Below, one piece after another: positions 26,610-39,674 of a stretch of 64,000 nucleotides of DNA. Made by a program: the position numbers and the translations under genes. Positions within the stretch are counted from its first letter, which is position 1; every line of letters starts with the position of its first letter. The stretch is from Mobula hypostoma (lineage: Eukaryota), in the NCBI RefSeq assembly GCF_963921235.1, contig NC_086097.1:164674001-164738000 (forward strand), read 5' to 3'. Below the pieces are notes generated by a model, which was not told the origin of the DNA, ran no database searches, and saw nothing but the letters and a program-made list of their open reading frames with translations.

Positions 26610-27650
26610 ATTCTCTTTCCCTCCCCTCCCCCTCCCCCTCCATCTCCCTCCCCATCCCCACCTCTCTCTCTCGCGCCCTCCTCCCTCTCTCTCTCTCACA
26701 CTGCCTCCTTCCCCCTCTCACTCCCTCCCTCCTCTCCCCTCTCTCTCTCACACTCCCTCCTTCCCCCTCTCACTCCCTCCCTCCTCTCCCCTCTCCTTCC
26801 CTCCTCTCTCCCCTCTCTCTCTCACTCCCTCCTTCCTCTCTGCCCTCTCTCTCTCTCACTCCCTTACTACTCTCTCCCCTCTCTCTCCCACCCTCTCCTA
26901 CCCTCTCCCCCTCTCCCCTTCTCCCCCTCTCTCCCTCCCTCCTCCTCCCCTCTCTCTTTGTTCCTCTCTCTCCCCTCTCTCACTCCCTCCCTCTCCCTCC
27001 CTCACTCATTCCCTCCCTCCTCTCTCCCTCTCCCTCCCCTCTCTCCCTGCCCCTCTCTCCCCTCTCTTCCTCCCTCCTCCCCTTCCCCTCTCTTCCTCCT
27101 CCCCTTCCCCATCCCCTTCCCCTCTCTTTGTCCCTCTCTCTCTCCTTCTCTCTCTCTCACTCCCTCTCTCACTCAATCACTCCCTCCTCCCATCTCGCTC
27201 CCTTTCTCTCTGTCCCTCTCTCTCCCTCTTTCTCACTCCCTCCCTCCTCCTCTCTCCCTCTCCCACCCTCTCCCTCCCCCACCCCCTCTCACTCACTCAC
27301 TCTCTCCTCCCCCCTCCCCCCTCTCCCCTCCCCCTCTCCCCCTCTCCCCTCTCCCTCTCCCCCTCTCCCCTCTCCCTCTCCCCCTCTCCCCCTCTCTCCC
27401 TCTCTCCCACTTACTCCCTCCTCCTCTCTCCCTCTCCCACCCTCTCCCTCCCCCACCCCCTCTCACTCACTCACTCTCTCCTCCCCCCTCCCCCTCCCCC
27501 TCCCCCTCCCCCCTCTCCCTCTCCCCCTCTCCCCTCCCCCTCTCCCCCTCTCCCCTCTCCCTCTCCCCTCTCCCTCTCCCCCTCTCCCCCTCTCTCCCTC
27601 TCTCCCACTTACTCCCTCCTCTCTCTCCCTCTCCCTCTGTTTTCTCCACC
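26610..27650. repeat. About 1 kb polypyrimidine (CT-rich) low-complexity tract with internal duplication
   Basis: almost only C/T on the plus strand; duplicated blocks at about 27238 and 27417. Confidence 0.95.
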
Positions 27651-28583
27651 CTTCACCTTTGGGTAGGTTTGGAAGTTATAATCAGATTTTACTGATGGCA
27701 AACTGATGTTTATTCAGAAGCTTAATTAACCTTTCCATTGATAAACTTGATGAAAGAGTTTCATTGAATTGTGATAGTCCACAGAGAAATGAAAATGGAT
27801 GAACTCTTGATGATTGTGGCGCTCTGATTATCAAACAGTTGTATTCATGTCTGTACCTCCTTGATCTAGTCTGATCTAGGTTCTAGAATTAAGAAGTATT
27901 GCCTCTCCTCTTCCCTGGACTACCCTATCCCGCTTTAATTCCTTTATGTTTTTGCTGTCAGATCACTAACCATTGATTGTGTGTTGATTGTGAATGCATT
28001 GGAGCTTATCTTCACTGCCTCCAATTATCAAGGAGCCACAGACCTACTGACACCCAGTGGAGACTTCTTCTGGAAATTTATTCTTGGTAATACTTAGCAT
28101 GCGAATGTTTAATGGGTTATTTTTTTGGTAGCGTAGTGAGGCAACACCTCATTTGAAATCAAACAAATTAACAATTAAAATAGTAAGTAAAGCAATATCA
28201 GTCACCCATTGATGCCATCAACAAAAGTGTGTGGGTTTACTCATTCATTAAGCATTATGGTCCCAACCACAACAGGTTCCTCAGACCCCTTAAATCGGGC
28301 TTCATGAGCTGAATTACAGAATATAAGAGGCTGTTGAAGAGAAACACTTCACTAGGATGATTCAGAGAAACACACAAGTGTGCCCTCCATGAAAGCAAAC
28401 ATCCCTGCTCCTCGACGCAAGGGGGCTCATAGTCTCCTCGGACAGGCAGCATAATGATTTGTGGATGGTAATTGCTGCTGGCAAAAGACACTGCTGGATG
28501 ATGCTGTCTGCATGGCTGCTTCGAGGATAGGCAAATCTTGAACCAGAAATCCTTCATGATCCGTAAGCTTGCCGTTGGTTTGA

Positions 28584-28766
<183 letters not shown>

Positions 28767-28862
28767 TAGTTTTTTAGTCGTCTACTATACCCATTTTTGT
28801 TTTTTTTTTATTTCCCCCTCTGTCCTTTGTCGTTTTTGTTAAATCGTCCATGCACTCAACAG

Positions 28863-29018
28863 TCCAAACTGAGGGATCAGCCAGAATGGCAACTAGTCCC
28901 CGAACATACTCAAGAGCAAGAGACCCTTCAAAGTCAAGGTGCAGAGGACCAAAGCCGTACAGCTGATGGAAACTACAAAGTTTATGCAATGGAAGACAAG
29001 AACTGCTTCAGTCCAGAG
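28863..29018 (+). CDS. MTCL1: MTCL1-like coding exon (156 nt, SKLRDQPEWQL...KNCFSPE)
   Basis: long polypyrimidine tract then caacag|TCC; GAG|gtaact donor; resembles recalled MTCL1 SRLKEQLEWQL...TCFSLE. Confidence 0.88.
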
Positions 29019-29559
29019 GTAACTAGTGAAGCTCGCATTTTGCATGCAATTCATGTTTTTAGTGAGCCAAACCTAAGTAATTAGTGAAATGCAAAATTGA
29101 CTTCCTATTGAATTCAAACCCCTTTGATATTTGAGATTGTCCAATTTATCCATGAGACTCAATAAGCAACAGGACAGGGAAGGATCTCTTTTCATAGTTT
29201 GCCGTTTTACAGTTCTTTTGCAGTTTTTCTTCTCTTTCGCAGTTTTTAAAGTGTTAAATGCGAAATACTTTAGATTAAGATGAAACAAAGGAAGTGTTTG
29301 CATTTAATGACTATCCTGATAGGTTTGCCTCAATGATATTTTGGCATTATGCTCATTGAATCCTTTTTTTTTAGAAATGCAACTGGGTAGTTAGAGTCCA
29401 TGTAATTGTACTTTGCTCGTGGAAGGAGTGGGATTATTGAGGTGAATGAAAATTTTATTTTCCTTGTAGTCAAGGTCTGTTGGGTTTGTTTTCTCCTAAG
29501 GGACAGGAAGACAACAGATTTTGAAGCTATCTATCTTCATCTGAACACTCCAACTCTCC

Positions 29560-31940
29560 TCTCCCTCTGACATCACCAGCTCTGTTCCCCCATCCCCATC
29601 CCAGCTCTAATCCTTCACCATTCCCTCTGACCTTCCCCTCTCTGAGACAGACGTTCTGTTCTCAGTAAGGGCCTCACCTTTGTCCCACCTTGACTGCACC
29701 CCTGTGAGTTCCGCATCCGCCATGACATTAAGCTCTTCTTCCGCCTCCTCCATCTCCAAACCCACTTCTTTGGCAAGGATTCCACACCCTGCGCTGGTGA
29801 TCCCCTTCTCCCATCTTCAACCCACTTCCTCTTCTTGGACACGCCGCTCTGGTTTTCTGCTTGCTCCGGATCTTTTCATCTCAAGTTGCCGATGAGACAT
29901 TAACCATCTTGATTTCAGCACTCTTTTCTCCTAATCAAACTTACCCCTTCTGAACGCACTGCCCTCCACTTTTTCCACACCAATCCCAACTTTACCATCA
30001 AACCCGGGTGCTGTTGTAGTGTGGCGCTCTGACCTCGACCTTGCTGAGGCCAGGCAGCAACTCTCAGACACCTCCTCAAACCTACCCCTTGAAGGGGACT
30101 CCACTCGAGACCATCAGAAAACTGCCTTTGACACCATCACTGACCTCATCCACTACCATCAAACTCATAGTTCCCTTACCCCGCACTGCTCACTTCTTCC
30201 TCCTACCCAATATCCACAAACTGGACTGTCTGGGTTGGCCTCTTGTCTCTGCCTGCTCCTGCCCCACTGAAATTGTGTCCTTGTATCTCAGTTCCATTCT
30301 ATCCCCCTTGGTTCAGTCCCTTCCCACCTATACCTGCAACACTTCTCATTTCCTCGAGATGCTCAGTAACTCTCAGTTTCTTGGCCCTGATGGCCTCGTC
30401 TACACCACGGATGTTCTGTCTCTATACACTTTCTACCTCCCCCGTCAAGAGGGTCTCAAAGCTCTGCTTCCCTCTTGACTAAAGAACCAACCAATCCCCC
30501 TCCACCATCACCCTTCTCCGTCTGGCACCTTGAACAATCTTTCCTTTGGACTTTCTCCAGACTCAAGGGGTAGCCATGGGCAAACGCATGGGCCCCAGCT
30601 ATGTCTGCCTTCTCACTAGCTATGTAGAACAGTCCATGTTCAAAGCTGTTACTGGTTATACTCCCCCAACTCTACCTCCGCTACATTGATGACTGCTTCA
30701 TGCACCCATGCTGAGCTCATCCATTTTATCAACTTTACTTCTAACTTCTTCCCTGCCCTAAAGTTCACTTGGCCCTCCTCTGACATCTTACTCCCCTTTC
30801 TTGATTTCCCTGTCTCCATCTATAGAGACAAACTGTCAACTCGACAATACTTCTCCTTCCCTCCACCCCCTTTCCTGTAAAAATGCTAGTCCCTTTTCTC
30901 AGTTTGTTTGCCTCCGCCACATCTATTCCCAGGAAGTGGCTTTCCATTCCAGGACATCAGAGATGTCCTCCTCGTTTAAAGAAAGGGGTTTACCTTCCTC
31001 CACTATAGATGCTGCCCTCACCCACATCTCCTCCATTTCCTGGACATCTGTGCTCACCCCATCTTCCCTCTGCCTTAACAGTCAGTCCCTCTTGTCCTTA
31101 CCTACCACCCCATCAGCCTACGCATGCAACACATTATCTTCTGCAACTTCTGCCATCTCCAGAAAGATCCTACCACTGAACCTATCTTTACCTCCCCCCT
31201 CCCCCACCTTCCGCAGGATCGCTCCCTCCGTGATTCCCTTGTCCATTTATCCCTCCCAGCACTTATCCCTGCAAGCGGCCGAAGTGCCACACCTGCCCAC
31301 ACACCTCCTCCCTCACCTCCATTCAGGGGTCCCAGGCAGACCTTCCAGGTGAGGCAAAACTTCTCCTGCAAATCTGCTGGGCTCACCTATTGTGTCCAAT
31401 GCTTCCGATGCGGCCTTCAATACATTGGTGAGATCTATTGTAAATTTGGGGACCGCTTCATTGAGCACCTCCTCTCCATCAGCCACAAGTGGGACTTCCT
31501 GGTGGCCAAACATTTTAATTCCGATTCCTATTCCTGTTCCGAGATGTTGATCCATGGCCTCCTTTTTAACCAAGTTGAGGCAACCCTCAGGGTGGAGGAG
31601 CAACACCTTATATTCTATCTGGGTAGCCTCCAATCTAATGGCATGAATATCGATTTCCCCTTCTGTTAAACAAATTCCATCCCCTTACCTCTATTCCCCA
31701 CTCTGACCATTTACCTATTACTTACCCCTGGGTCCCCTCCTCTTCCCCTTTTTCCTATGGTCCGCTCTCCTCTCCCATCAGATTTCTTCTTCTCCAGCCT
31801 TTGACCTTTCCCACCCACCTGGCTTCATCTATCACCTTCCAGCTATCCTCCTTCCCCTCCCCCAACCTTTTTATTCTCGCATCTTCCCCTTCCTTCTCGG
31901 TCCTGAAGAAGGGTCTCAGCCCGAAATGTTGACTATCTTA
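29560..31940 (+). mobile_element. Decayed Penelope-like retroelement (RT plus GIY-YIG endonuclease); terminus resumes at about 32801-32850 after a solo LTR
   Basis: RT motifs FFLLPNIHK, PLVSACSCPTE and GVAMGKRMGPSY; GIY-YIG region YCVQCFRCGLQYIGE..RFIEH..VAKHFN..EEQHLIF..LQSNGMN (31124-31669); many frameshifts. Confidence 0.88.
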
Positions 31941-32800
31941 TGTTACGTACCCCGTAACTGGGTTGCCAAACCAGCAGAAATGGATCACTCGGTTGGAGTC
32001 TGGAGTACTAGAACTAAGAAAGTTTTATTAAAGAAACAAGCAACACAGTAATCGAAAGGATAATAAATGCAACAATTCAACAATGATAAACACACATGTG
32101 CACAGAATTAAGATAACAGCATCAATCAAGCTCTATCGTTGTCTGGGGTAAATGATCAAATTTCAAAGTGACTCAAAGTTCAGTCCAGTTAGTAGTTCAG
32201 TTCGCAGTAATCGTTGCCATGGCGATGGACAACGTGGGGGAAGAGAGACAGAGAACAGGAACAACTGATCATTCAGAGCACTGCTTCACTCACAGACTGG
32301 CGAGATGGCTCACAAGCAACTTTTGGGCGGGTCCTTGGTGATGTCACCTGAGGTCACCGACTGTGACCCCTCCTCCAGATGCGGTCGATCCTCTGCAGTG
32401 AACCCGGCACCCAGGCAAGGGCGGACACACACCGGGTTCCCGCTGATCGTACCTTTCCACCCTGGTCGTTGTCTGGTACTTCTCACCCACTCGTGAGAGG
32501 CGCACCGCTTCCAGGGTCTCGTTACCTCGGGTGGCGTGTGTCCTGCCTTAGCGAACCGGTCCCTTTTTATCCCCCTGCTGGGGTATCGCCTGTCCCTCAC
32601 TTCAAACAGTTCAAGGTTCAAAGAGGGGAGCCGCTCCAGACAGCTCTTCCTCCCACATCCCTTCATTACACATCTCCAGACGCTGCTCCATTGTTCCTTA
32701 TCTCTCCTTCCCCTGAGGGCAGGTGGCAGACCAACTGCTGATGCCACTGATGCTAGCCCAGGCCAGCAAACATCTTAATTTTATGTGTATTCTTGTAACA
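31941..32800 (-). mobile_element. Solo LTR (Gypsy-type), copy B
   Basis: perfect TGTTAC...GTAACA termini; long identical stretches with 4545-5433; splits the Penelope terminus; TSD imperfect (ctta/ctat). Confidence 0.85.
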
Positions 32801-34767
32801 CTATTCACTTCCATAGATCCTGCCTGACCTGCCGAGTGTGTGTTATTTTGAATCTAAAACAAAGAGAAAAATTACACATGGCCTTACTTCATCAAGAATA
32901 GAGAGAGAAGTCTGTGAGAGATAATGAAACATTGCCCAAGGGTGGAAGTTAAGCATGCCGACTCATGTTTATTCTTCAAGCACAATGTTGGTAGTGATCC
33001 ACACATTTGTAGTTCTAATTCATAGAAATGGATTCTGTTTCTTCCATTTCTGGCCTCAAGTTTATTTTAAAGGCTTTCGAATCTTTGAGATTTATGATCA
33101 ATGAGACATTATCCCATTCAACCAAGTCCACACTGCAATCATTGGGAATTAGGAATGAAATTTATTCAAAATTGATTTGTGATCGGGCAACAAAGGCTGA
33201 TTTTTGTGAGTCCAGAGTGTGTAAGGATTCTCACCATGCAGTATGCATCAGAGAACTAGATTTGTGAAGTCACATTAGTATATGCACTGCTTTATTACGT
33301 GCACTGAGCATTTACAAGTTGTTTATTTTCCTGCAAATTTTGGAAATTCTGCTTATTTGTCATGCCATGGGATTTCAAATTTGACATGTTTCAAATGGTG
33401 GAGCAGTATCTCTTCTTTGGTTGTCTTATATATAAACCCTGGTTTGGAAAGGGAAAGATGTGCTTGACTAACAACCTTGACAATATTGAAAATTTAGATA
33501 AAGTTCCACGTAAACAGTTACTAATTAAAAGGCTCATGAGACCTCAGTGGAAGAAATGTTCTAATAAATGAGCTTCAATAAATGGGTGCTTTTAGAAGGT
33601 TGTCGGGATTGGAGTTGGAAGAATGGAAGTGATAAGATGGTTAAAGAAGACAAACAAGACAGATTTTGCTCTTCTCCAGTTGACTATATAACACTTTAAT
33701 GAGAACTTCACTTTCCAGTGCTCTTGAAAGCAGATTATTCACTCACTGCACTAAAGACCCTTCCTGTTCCCTTTGCTACATACATTCAAGTATCATTTTT
33801 TGATTTAGAACATTTTAAATTTATTATATATTTGAATATAATATGAATATATTTTTTAAAATCAACTCCTAACTCCATAGTAGATCAATTGAGAGTGTTT
33901 GGCATTGACAGAACAGGTTGCACCTTTAACCTTTCAACCCTGTTTAATGTGTTATTAATTGGAAGCGATGAGCTTGATTCTTGATCTAATGTGCATCAGG
34001 TATCCCAAACCAAATCTGTGAACATGTCAGCTGAACAGTTTGAATATCACATGCCTCCCGTTGCCATGGCAGCCAGCCAGCAGTATGCTGTGCTCAATTT
34101 GCTGTACAATATGTAAAAATGGAACTTGCATTTTTCAGTATTCACATGTTTCTGTACTGTGTTCCTAGCAAAAGTTAGGGTTTGATCTACATATGTAGTT
34201 CCAATAGTAAAGCCAACACTATCCGTGATAGTGGAGCTAAAGAGTCTTGGAAACTTTCAAATGGAAAGTTTTAAGTCAGTCAAGCAGGAAGGACATAAAG
34301 TAGATAAAAGTGACAACAGGAGAAGTTTTGATCTTGATTGAGAGTATAAAAACATTCTATACTCTTCTTAAACAATATTGCTCCGCATGAAAAATTAATG
34401 TAATTTTTTTTTCATAATAGGCTGGAGGGAGTGTAGCTTGAATGCCCAAGAATTATACCGGGCCTTAAAGGATTAAAATATAGAGATACTATGTAAACTT
34501 GCCATCAGTTTCTTCCAGTATGAGCAGATATCTGATTGAGGATCTAATCTGACAGATGTTCAAAGACCATTTCTTTGATGGAAAATCTTATCAGAGAGAT
34601 TTATCATCTTCAATTCACAAAATAACAGAAAGCTATGGGCAGAGTGAGGCTGGCTATTTATCCCAGTGAGACCTTACCAGCTGAAGAGCAATTCATCTCA
34701 TCCAACTCCCAACTTTTGTCCTTCCCTCAGCTTCAATTTGAATCCAGCTACTGACTATGTAAAGAAA

Positions 34768-34977
34768 ACTCTCCTCTCTCTCTCTCCCCTCCCCTCCTCT
34801 CTCCCCTCCTCTCTCCCCTCCTCTCTCCCCTCCTCTCTCCCCTCCTCTCTCCCCTCCCCTCTCCCCTCCCCTCTCCCCCTCCCCTCTCTCTCCCCTCCCT
34901 CCCCTCTCTTCTCCCCCCTCTCTCTCTCCCCTTTCTCACACACCCTCTCCTCACCCCCCTCCCCCCTCCTGCCCCCC
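34768..34977. repeat. CT-rich minisatellite with CTCTCCCCTCCT 12-mer units
   Basis: visible tandem 12-mers at about 34785-34850 that degenerate outward. Confidence 0.9.
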
Positions 34978-34979
34978 CG

Positions 34980-35548
34980 AAGTGAAATGATTCACTTTGA
35001 AAGGTCAAATTTGAAGGCAGAATACAGGGTTAATGATAGGATTCTTAACAGTGTGGAGAAATAGAGAAATAGAGGGATTTCAGGATCCAAGTTCCCTCAA
35101 AGTTGCCATGCAAGTTGATAGGGTTGTTAGGAAGCCATATGGTGTGTTGGCCTTCATTAATTGGGGGATTGAGTACAAGAGCCTTGAAGTAATGTTACAG
35201 TTCTATAAAGACTTGGTTAATTCACACATGGAATATTGTGTTCAGTTCTGGTCACCTCATTATAGGATGTTGAAGTTTTAGAGAGAATGCAGAAGAGATT
35301 TACCAGGAAGCTGCTTGGAGTAGACAGCATGTTATATGAGGAAAGGATGAGCAAGCTAGGGCTTTTCTTTTTGGAACAAAAGTGGATGAGAGATGATTTG
35401 ATAGAGGTATACAAATGATAAAAAGCATAGATCGAGTGGATAGCCAGAGACTTTTCCCAGGGCAGAAATGAGTAATACAATGGGGAATGATCTTAAGGTA
35501 TTTGAAGGAATGTATCGGGGGATGTCAGAGGAAAGATTTTTACACAGG
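34980..35548 (+). mobile_element. CR1 LINE RT C-terminal fragment
   Basis: translates to ...LAFINWGIEYKSLEVMLQFYKDLVNSHMEYCVQFWSPHY. Confidence 0.85.
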
Positions 35549-36049
35549 GTTGAAGATTTCGAGTCATGGAAAATAAGCCCATTAAGAAATTTAGATCAAA
35601 GGCAGTAAATAAAATTGAAGAAAAGTACTTTCTCTATGTCTTACATCTCCATTGATAATCATTAGATGAAGGCTTTGGAATGCCCTAAAATGTGTAATGT
35701 TTATATAAACCAAAGGGGGAAGCTCACCTTAGGCAGTGATTGGCTAACAAGGTCTGTTGCTTGGACAGAAGGCTTGTAAATAAAGCTCAGGATTCTACTG
35801 CAGCTCAAGGACTTCTGGTTTGCTCTACTCGGGAACAAGTAAAGCTCTATGTCCCATGGTACCTCTACCCATCTTTACTTGGCCAACAAAGAAGACTTGA
35901 AAGAAATTGCAGAGAGCTGGTCTGAATGCCCTCTGTGATATTTATTCTGCAGAAGTTTTTATGAAGTCAGGAGAGGCAGCGGTGTGGTACACTGATTTGA
36001 ATTGGATCAAACCAGATGACTGCCCCCAAGAAAGCAAAGTCATCCTGTC

Positions 36050-37170
36050 CAGGAGGCGTTGTTCCTTGGGTACTGAGGGAATGAAGAGTGGAAGCTGCAA
36101 AAGCACCAGACAAAGTTTTCTGTTTATCCCCAGATATTGGAGCTAGTGCCAGAGGACAAGAGAAGTGAAAATATTATAGACCGGTTTAGCAAATGGGATA
36201 CAGATAAAGACAGTAAATACAGATCAATCAAGTTTGTATCATCGGTGGAGAAACATTTAGAAATGTATTGAAAATATCATTATTTGATTTTGAACAATAT
36301 GGACCAATAATTGAAAATCAGCTGGCATTGTTCAAATTAAATTGTGTTTAACCAATTGGGTGTTAATTTTATGGGTTTGGTATATGGATTTTAAAAAGGC
36401 ACTTGACAAAGTATCACAAAAAAACCTTATTAGCAAAATGAAGGCATGTAGAATTAAATGTAGAGTGGTTATATGGACAAGAAGTCATGGTAAGTTGTTT
36501 ATTAGTCTAGAGGGATGTACGAAAGAGTTTTCTCTGGAGAGTATATGATAATGACTTGAATTTAGATATACAGGGAAATAATTCCAAAGATTTTTGGACT
36601 GAATGATCCTCAGAAGTATGACAAATAATAAATCAGTTAACAACAGGCATTCGATGGACACAATCAGACAAATAGTCGATGAAGTTTAACACAGAGAAAT
36701 GTAACGATGGAAGAATATGGAGAGAAAACATGACCTAACTGATTACATTTTAGGAAGGAAGAGACAAGGTGTATATCTACACAAATCTTTGAAGACAGCA
36801 GAATAATTGGAGAAGGCTATTGAAATCTCTATGGGAATCTTGAAAATATTGCTGGAGAAGTGGATTGAAAAACAACTGTTAAAAATGTTGGCACTAGACT
36901 GCAAGTACTGGAGCAACACACAGAGGAGTTGGAGGAACTCAGCTGGTCAGGCAGCATTTATGGAGGGAAATGGACTGTCGGACTGAAAACCTATATCTAC
37001 TTATAGACACGGCATTTTGGAAGTATGTAAAGACTTGTAGAGGATGCAGAAGAAAGTTACTAAAGTGGTATTAGGGACAAGAATCTTTAATTATACGAAG
37101 ACTTGTAAAGCAGTGGTTGTACTACTTCAGGCAGACAAGATTAAGAGGAGACATTCAGAATCAAGAACTT
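36050..37170 (+). mobile_element. Very old CR1 RT remnant with a Penelope-terminus insertion at about 36912-36990
   Basis: CLTN, YMDFKKALDKV and MQKKVTKVV remnants. Confidence 0.6.
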
Positions 37171-37179
37171 GTATTAATG

Positions 37180-37690
37180 AGAAGGGACTTGCTGGCAAAG
37201 TCATCAGTTACATAGCATGGATACAGCCCTTTCAAACCAACTCATTCATGCTGACCAAGATACTTGTCTAAGCTAATCCTTTTTGCCTGAGTTTATCCCA
37301 TATCCCTATACAATTTTCCTGTCCATTTAATTGACTAAATTTCAAATCTTTTAATTGTACTTGCCGCTACCACTTCCTTTGGCAGCTCGTTCCCCTTTTA
37401 GAATTTTCCCCTTTCATGTTAAACCTCTGCCCTCTAGCTTTAAACTCCACCTACTCCAAATAGAAGACTGTGACTATCTATCTATGTTCCTTATAACTTT
37501 ATAATCCTTTTATCATCACCCCTCAGACTTCTTTGCTTCAGGGAAAACAGTCCCAGCCTCTTCTTGTCACTCAAGCCCTCCTTCCACTCCGGACAACATC
37601 CTTGTGAAGCGATTCTGCACCCTCTCTAGCTTAGTCATTCAGATAGGATAGTGACCAAAGTGGCACACAATGCTCAAAGTGCAATGAAAT
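37180..37690 (-). mobile_element. CR1 3' fragment
   Basis: homologous to 44740-45260. Confidence 0.65.
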
Positions 37691-37852
37691 CAAAATTCAT
37701 AGCCTCGACAAATTCAGCAGTGAGATTTTCTACAGAAATGGACAGAAATTTGAAGGAAAATAAAATTAGATGGATATGAATGAGGAGCAGAGAAGCAGGA
37801 CAAATTAGATAGCTCTATCAATTGACAAAGTGGAACAAAAGGCCTCTTTACT

Positions 37853-39674
37853 TAAAGAGGATACTAAAAGCTTTTTCAAGTATAGAAAGAGTAAAAGACA
37901 GGTGAGAGTAGATGTAGGACCGATAGAAAATGATGCTGGAGAAATTGTAATGGGAGGTAAGGAGTATTTTGCATCAGTCTTCACTGAGGAAGACATCAGC
38001 AGTATACCGGACACTCAAGGATGGCAGGGAAGAGAAGTGTGCGCAGTCACAATTACGACAGAGAAAGTACTCAGGAAGCTGAATAGGCTAAAGGTCGATA
38101 AATCTCCTGGACCAGATGAAATGCACCCGCGTGTTCTGAAGGAAGTAGCTGTGGAGATTGCGGAGGCATTAGCGATGATGTTTCAAAAGTCGATAGATTC
38201 TGGCATGGTTCCGGAGGACTGGAAGGTTGCAAATGTCACTCCGCTATTTAAGAAGGGCACAAGGAAGCAAAAAGGAAATTATAGACCTGTTAGCTTGACA
38301 TCGGTGGTTGGGAAGTTGTTGGAGTCGATTGTCAAGGATGAAGTTACAGAGTACCTGGAGGCATATGACAAGATAGGCAGAACTCAGCATGGGTTCCTTA
38401 AAGGAAAATCCTGCCTGACAAACCTATTACAATTTTTTGAGGAAATTACCAGTAGGCTAGACAAGGGAGATGCCGTGGATGTTGTATATTTGGATTTTCA
38501 GAAGGCCTTTGACAAGGTGCCACACATGAGGCTACTTAACAAGATAAGAGCCCATGGAATTATGGGAAAGTTACATACGTGGATAGAGCATTGGAAACAG
38601 AGAGTGGGAATAAAGGGATCCTATTCTGGTTGACTGCCGGTTACCAGTGGTGTTCCACAGGGGTCCATGTTGGGGGCGCTTCTTTTTACATTGTGCATCA
38701 ACGATTTGGATTATGGAATAGATGGCTTTGTGGCTAAGTTTGCTGACGATATGAAGATAGGTGGAGGGGCCAGTAGTGCTGAGGAAACAGAGAGTCTGCA
38801 GAGAGACTTGGATAGATTAGAAGAATGGGCAGAGAAGTGGCAAATGAAGTACAATGTTGGAAAGTGTATGGTTATGCACTTTGGCAGAAAAAATAAATGG
38901 GCAGACTATTGTTTAAATGGGGAAAGAATTCAAAGTTCGGAGATGCAACAGGACTTGGGAGTCCTCGTACAGGATACCCTTAAAGTTAACCTCCAGGTTG
39001 AGTCAGTAGTGAAGAAGGCGAATGCAATGTTGGCATTCATTTCTAGAGGAATAGAGTATATGAGCAGGGATGTGATGTTGAGGCTCTATAAGGCACTGGT
39101 GAGACTTCACTTGGAGTACTGTGGGCAGTTTTGGTCTCCTTATTTAAGAAAGGTTGTGCTGACGTTGGAGAGGGTACAGAGAAGATTCACTAGAATGATT
39201 CTGGGAATGAGAGGGTCAACATATGAGGAACATTTTCCGCTCTTGGACTGTATTCCTTGGAGTTAAGAAGAATGAGGGGAGACCTCATAGAAACATTTTG
39301 AATGTTGAAAGGCATGGACAGAGTGGATGTGGCAAAGTTGTTTCCCATGATGGGGGAGTCTAGTACGAGAGGGGATGACTTAAGGATTGAAGGGCGCCCA
39401 TTCAGAACAGAAATGCGAAGAAATTTTTTTAGTCAGAGGGTGGTGAATCTATGGAATTTGTTGCCACGGGCAGCAGTGGAGGCCAAGTCATTGGGTGTAT
39501 TTAAGGCAGAGATTGATAGGTATCTGAGTAGCCAGGGCATCAAAGGTTATGGTGAGAAGCCGGGGGAGTGGGACTAAATGGGAGAATAGATCAACTTATG
39601 ATAAAATGGCGGAGCAGACTCGATGGGCCGAATGGTTGACTTCTGCTCCTTTGTCTTATGGTCTTATGGTCTTA
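37853..39674 (+). mobile_element. 5'-truncated CR1 LINE (RT domain, frameshifted) with (TCTTATGG)n tail
   Basis: KSPGPDEMHPRVLKE, NYRPVSLTSVVGK, QHGF..SCLTNL, YLDFQKAFDKVPH, KFADD, LEYCGQFWSPY; 8-mer tail at 39654-39674. Confidence 0.95.

Noticed and set aside
26353..27706. Three long Pro/Ser/Leu-rich ORFs (364-437 aa)
   Set aside because: Artefact of a C/T-only tract that cannot contain stop codons; open in all three frames
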